Source of the DNA: Eledone cirrhosa
Taxonomy: Eukaryota
Direction: 5' to 3'
DNA length: 64,000 bases
NCBI GenBank assembly: GCA_964016885.1
Contig: OZ024763.1
Coordinates: 8,618,001-8,682,000 of the forward strand
Shown here: positions 47,530 to 64,000 of the stretch, piece by piece
Numbering within the stretch: position 1 is the stretch's first letter
How the letters are laid out: the number at the start of each line of letters is the position of its first letter
Program-made: the position numbers and the translations under genes
The notes under the pieces: generated by a model
The model's input: only the letters and a program-made list of their open reading frames with translations
Database searches by the model: none
What the model was told of the DNA's origin: nothing

Positions 47530-50125
47530 TATATGATTTAACTGTATTCGTTGAGTAATCAATGAACCATATTAATCTTTGGTTATATATATATATATAT
47601 ATATTATATCTCTTTAAATATTCTCTATTCTGGTATTGGACAGTTTCTCCTCGTGTAAACACACACAAGAAGGTAACGAGCTCTGTCAGATTTGGGGGAT
47701 ATATATATGTGTGTGTGTGTGCGTGTGGAGGGTGTGTGTATATATATGTGTGTGTGTGTGTGCGTGTGTGGTTTTCTGATGTGGATGTGAATTATAGCAT
47801 GACACCAGCACTACCATTTTACAGAGTGGACTGGGTGTATTATATCATGACACCAACACTACCACTTTACAGGGTGGACTGGGTGTATTATACCATGACA
47901 CCAACACTACCACTTTACAGAGTGGACTGGGTGTATTATATCATGACACCAACACTACCACTTTACAGGGTGTACTGGATGTTTTATCATGACACCAGCA
48001 CAAGAGGTGTTGTCATTCCTTGACTAAACTCAACACTCCTTTCAATTCTGCTGCCATTTAGGCACAAACCTCTTCACAAGTTCTTAAGACAGTGATATGT
48101 AATTTGAAGGAGATTTAGCTGCTATTTGTACCAGGTCAAGCAACCACAAAGAAGTTCCCAAGATGGTTGTCTATGTTGTTATTGTTGTATATTTATATTT
48201 GTCCTCCAAATTTTGCTGTTTCTATGATAGAAGCATTCCTCACGCCTAAGATAATGAGTTCTGACCTTAATTAAGCCCTCAGTTTAAGTATTTAATTCCT
48301 CTTAATTAATATAATTGCTCATATCAGATCCTCATTAAATTTGTGTCTATCTCTTTGTTTTTCCTAAAAATAAATAAGTTCGGCTTTTTTCCTTCTTTTT
48401 AAAAACATAAGCCTGCTTGCATTACCACATTTTTTCCTCCTCCTTCTTCTTCTTTGCCCACTTATTCCTGAGAGGGTCGTGGGGACAGAGTCCTCAAACA
48501 CTCCTTCCAGCGGGTCCTATCAGAAGCAACTGTCTCCAATTGATCCAGTTGTATCCCCCAAGCAAGACCAACCAAACTCATGGATGTTATCCAACCGTCT
48601 TGCTCCAGGTCTACCCCTGGGTCTCCTACCAGTTTGTTTTACCAGTAAAATCTGTCCAGTGATTTTTTCCTGAGACATTCTAACCACATGTCCATAGTAT
48701 CAGAGCTGTGATCTCTCAATTCAGAGAAGTAATGGCTCTACCTGGAGTGACTCTGATTTCTGACCAATGCACTCTATCGAGTAATATTACTCGAAAGACC
48801 CCATTTCAGCCACTTAACCAGTATATAGAAGTTTCCATATGTATGTATGTGAGGTGTTCGTATATATTTAAATATGTATATATGTCAAGTCGCTCTTCAG
48901 CGCTACTGGTAACATGTAACCCAGTACAACCTGTACATGGTGGGATCATCAGCAACTAAGCTGGCAACCCCACTAAGCTTGCTTCGTGAGGATGGTGAAT
49001 TTGGACATCCTGTGGGATGAAAATCAAAACCTGTCAAAGGGCAGAGGAACTCAGGAGAGTCAATGGCCATCCAATAAAGTTTTTGTTGTTTCTGTGGAGC
49101 AAGAGACCCCTAGTCTTCATTAAGACATTTCTCTAGGAGAAGGTCACTCTGATATAAAACCTGCGACTTCGTTTATATCCAATGATGTAGACCAGTTCTT
49201 CTTTTTGGGTAAATGATGTTCAGGGAGTGGGATTGGCCCCGTGCAAAGCATTTCCTCACTTTAAAAAATCTTCAAGCACAGACATCGCTTGATATGTGAC
49301 ATTTTTTGCTATGCATGGTATTGCTGGCCATAGGCAAGTCCCTAGCAGGACTAAAAAGTCACGTCTGTGATGCTCATGATTAAGTATCAAGAGATGGCAT
49401 TACTCGAAATCAAGTTGCAGCCATCATATGTATGTGTGTATATATATATATACATGTGTGTGTGTGTGTGTACGGATATGTCTGAGACACAATTCCTTCT
49501 AAGATTTCCCAGAAATGTCTGGGATTGGCTAATATCCTATTTGTAAGTATATCTCTTTAACTATTATACACTTTAGATAGATAGATAGATAGTAGTAGTG
49601 GTACTAATAGTAGTAGTAGTGGTAGTAGTAGTGAAAGTAGCAGTAGTAGTGGTAGTAGCAGTAGTGGTAGTGGTAGTAGTAGTAGTAGTGGTAGTAGTAG
49701 TGGTAGTAGTAGTAGTAGTAGTAGTAGTAGTATATCACACATTTTAAAGCTGGTAATGGTACAGAGAAATCCACTGTCTGTCAATTGGGATTACATTCAA
49801 TTTTCAAGCACATTTCTGAGTATTTCGTGCTTTTCAAAGACATATCTACTTCATACAAGTATTCCCCTATGATGTTAAATGTCCTGCCCTTTCTCTGTAC
49901 TTTTCTATTTGTTGACAGACCCTATCTAGTTTGCCCTCAACAATTTCCACCACTTCTCCCTTCTTTATTGATCACAGGGGTCTTTCAGAGAAAAAACAAG
50001 TAACTTTGTTGGGGTTTTTCTTTTAATATAATTTGGTCAAACTTTGTTTAGAATAATTCTTACATTTAACTATCAATTTTTTAAATTATTGTGTGTTGCT
50101 TATAGTAATATAATGTTTATATATA

Positions 50126-50165
<40 letters not shown>

Positions 50166-50294
50166 GTATGTATATAATAATTAGGCAGGAAGAATTGTTC
50201 TGGAGAAATTTATTGAGTGTTCATTCTATAACACATGTTTCAATACAATAACCGTCTACATGTGCTGATATATATATGTATATATATATATATT

Positions 50295-50377
<83 letters not shown>

Positions 50378-50546
50378 ATGTATATATATATTTATATATG
50401 TATATATATTTATATATATATTTATATGTATATATATATATTTATATATATATATTTATTTATATGTATATATATATATTTATATATATATTTATTTATA
50501 TGTATATATATATATATTTATATATATTTATTTATATGTATATATA

Positions 50547-50595
<49 letters not shown>

Positions 50596-51062
50596 ATTAT
50601 GCAGGAAGAATTGTTCTGGAGAAATTTATTGAGTGTTCATTCTATAACACATGTTTCAATACAATAACCGTCTACATGTGCTGACTGCATACTTCCATGC
50701 TCAATCACATGCATTACGTAATTATTGCACTTAATCAGGAAGTGAAAGATTGTTATCATCCTGGTGTTGGTGTTATTGTTGGTGGTGGCAGTGGTGATGT
50801 TGTTGGTGGCGGTGGTGTTGGTGTTGTTGTTGGTGGTGGCAGTGGTGTTGGTGGTGTTGTTGGTGGCGGTGGTGTTGGTGTTGTTGTTGGTGGAGGTGGT
50901 GTTGGTGTTATTGTTGGTGGTGTTGTTGAGGTTGGTGGTGTTGGTGGAGGTGTTGTTGTTGAGGTTGGTGGTGTTATTGGTGGTGTTGGTGGTGGTGGTG
51001 GTGTTGGTGGTGGTGGTGTTGGTATTGTTGAGTTGGTGGTGGTGCTGTTGTTGTTGGTGTGT

Positions 51063-63219
<12,157 letters not shown>

Positions 63220-63297
63220 CTGTAAAGTTTGGAATAGAATCAAATTTTAATATAAAACAAAACAAAAAAACACACTCACACAAAATAATTATGTTAA

Positions 63298-64000
63298 CCC
63301 TTTAGCATTTACGTTACTCTATATTTACTATTATTTTCACAGTAAAGGCTTTACCTCACATAATATCTCACTTAACATTTACATTACTCTATATATACTA
63401 TTGTATTTTCACAGTAAAGGCTTTACCTCACGTAATATCTCACATAACATTTACATTACTCTATATATACTATTGTATTTTCATGGTAAAGACTTTACCT
63501 CACATAATATCTCACATAACATTTACGTTACTCTATATATACTATTGTATTTTCACAGTAAAGGCTTTACCTCACGTAATATCTCACATAACATTTACAT
63601 TACTCTATATATACTATTGTATTTTCATGGTAAAGACTTTACCTCACATAATATCTCACATAACATTTACATTACTCTATATATACTATTGTATTTTCAC
63701 AGTAAAGGCTTTACCTCACGTAATATCTCACATAACATTTACATTACTCTATATATACTATTGTATTTTCACAGTAAAGGCTTTACCTCACATAATATCT
63801 CACATAACATTTACATTACTCTATATATACTATTGTATTTTCACAGTAAAGGCTTTACCTCACGTAATATCTCACATAACATTTACGTTACTCTATATAT
63901 ACTATTGTATTTTCACAGTAAAGGCTTTACCTCACGTAATATCTCACATAACATTTACATTACTCTATATATACTATTGTATTTTCACAGTAAAGGCTTT
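63298..64000. repeat. piggyBac-like MITE left end plus 72-bp array (runs off the right edge)
   Basis: TTAA|CCCTTTAGCATTTA followed by ~9.5 72-bp units. Confidence 0.9.

Overview
Eukaryotic, intron-rich, (TA)n/(CA)n-saturated animal DNA. The SINE/LINE repertoire suggests an octopod cephalopod (inference). Three spliced genes can be assembled by hand with consistent intron phases. (1) A complete RCC2/TD-60 orthologue on + (11 coding exons, 10064-21155, ~468 aa). (2) A TNF-receptor-like type I membrane protein on - (15 exons, 43982-30870, ~562 aa) with Cys-rich repeats, a Pro/Thr stalk, two 18-nt microexons, a probable GC-AG intron, no death domain and a PHQES TRAF-type motif. (3) The 3' part of a large uncharacterised type I membrane protein on - (63219-51063) with a furin site, cadherin/Ig-like region, EGF domain and TM helix. 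The rest is repeats: a young 5'-truncated RTE LINE nested in a CR1 end, tRNA-derived SINEs sharing the RTE tail, TTAA/CCC piggyBac-like MITEs carrying a 72-bp minisatellite, satellites derived from a LINE coding fragment, and a 28S rRNA-like fragment. The most notable hidden signal is more than ten type I hammerhead-ribozyme motifs from at least six sequence families. They often occur in inverted pairs, consistent with Penelope-like element termini. Most long ORFs in the ORF track are microsatellite artefacts.
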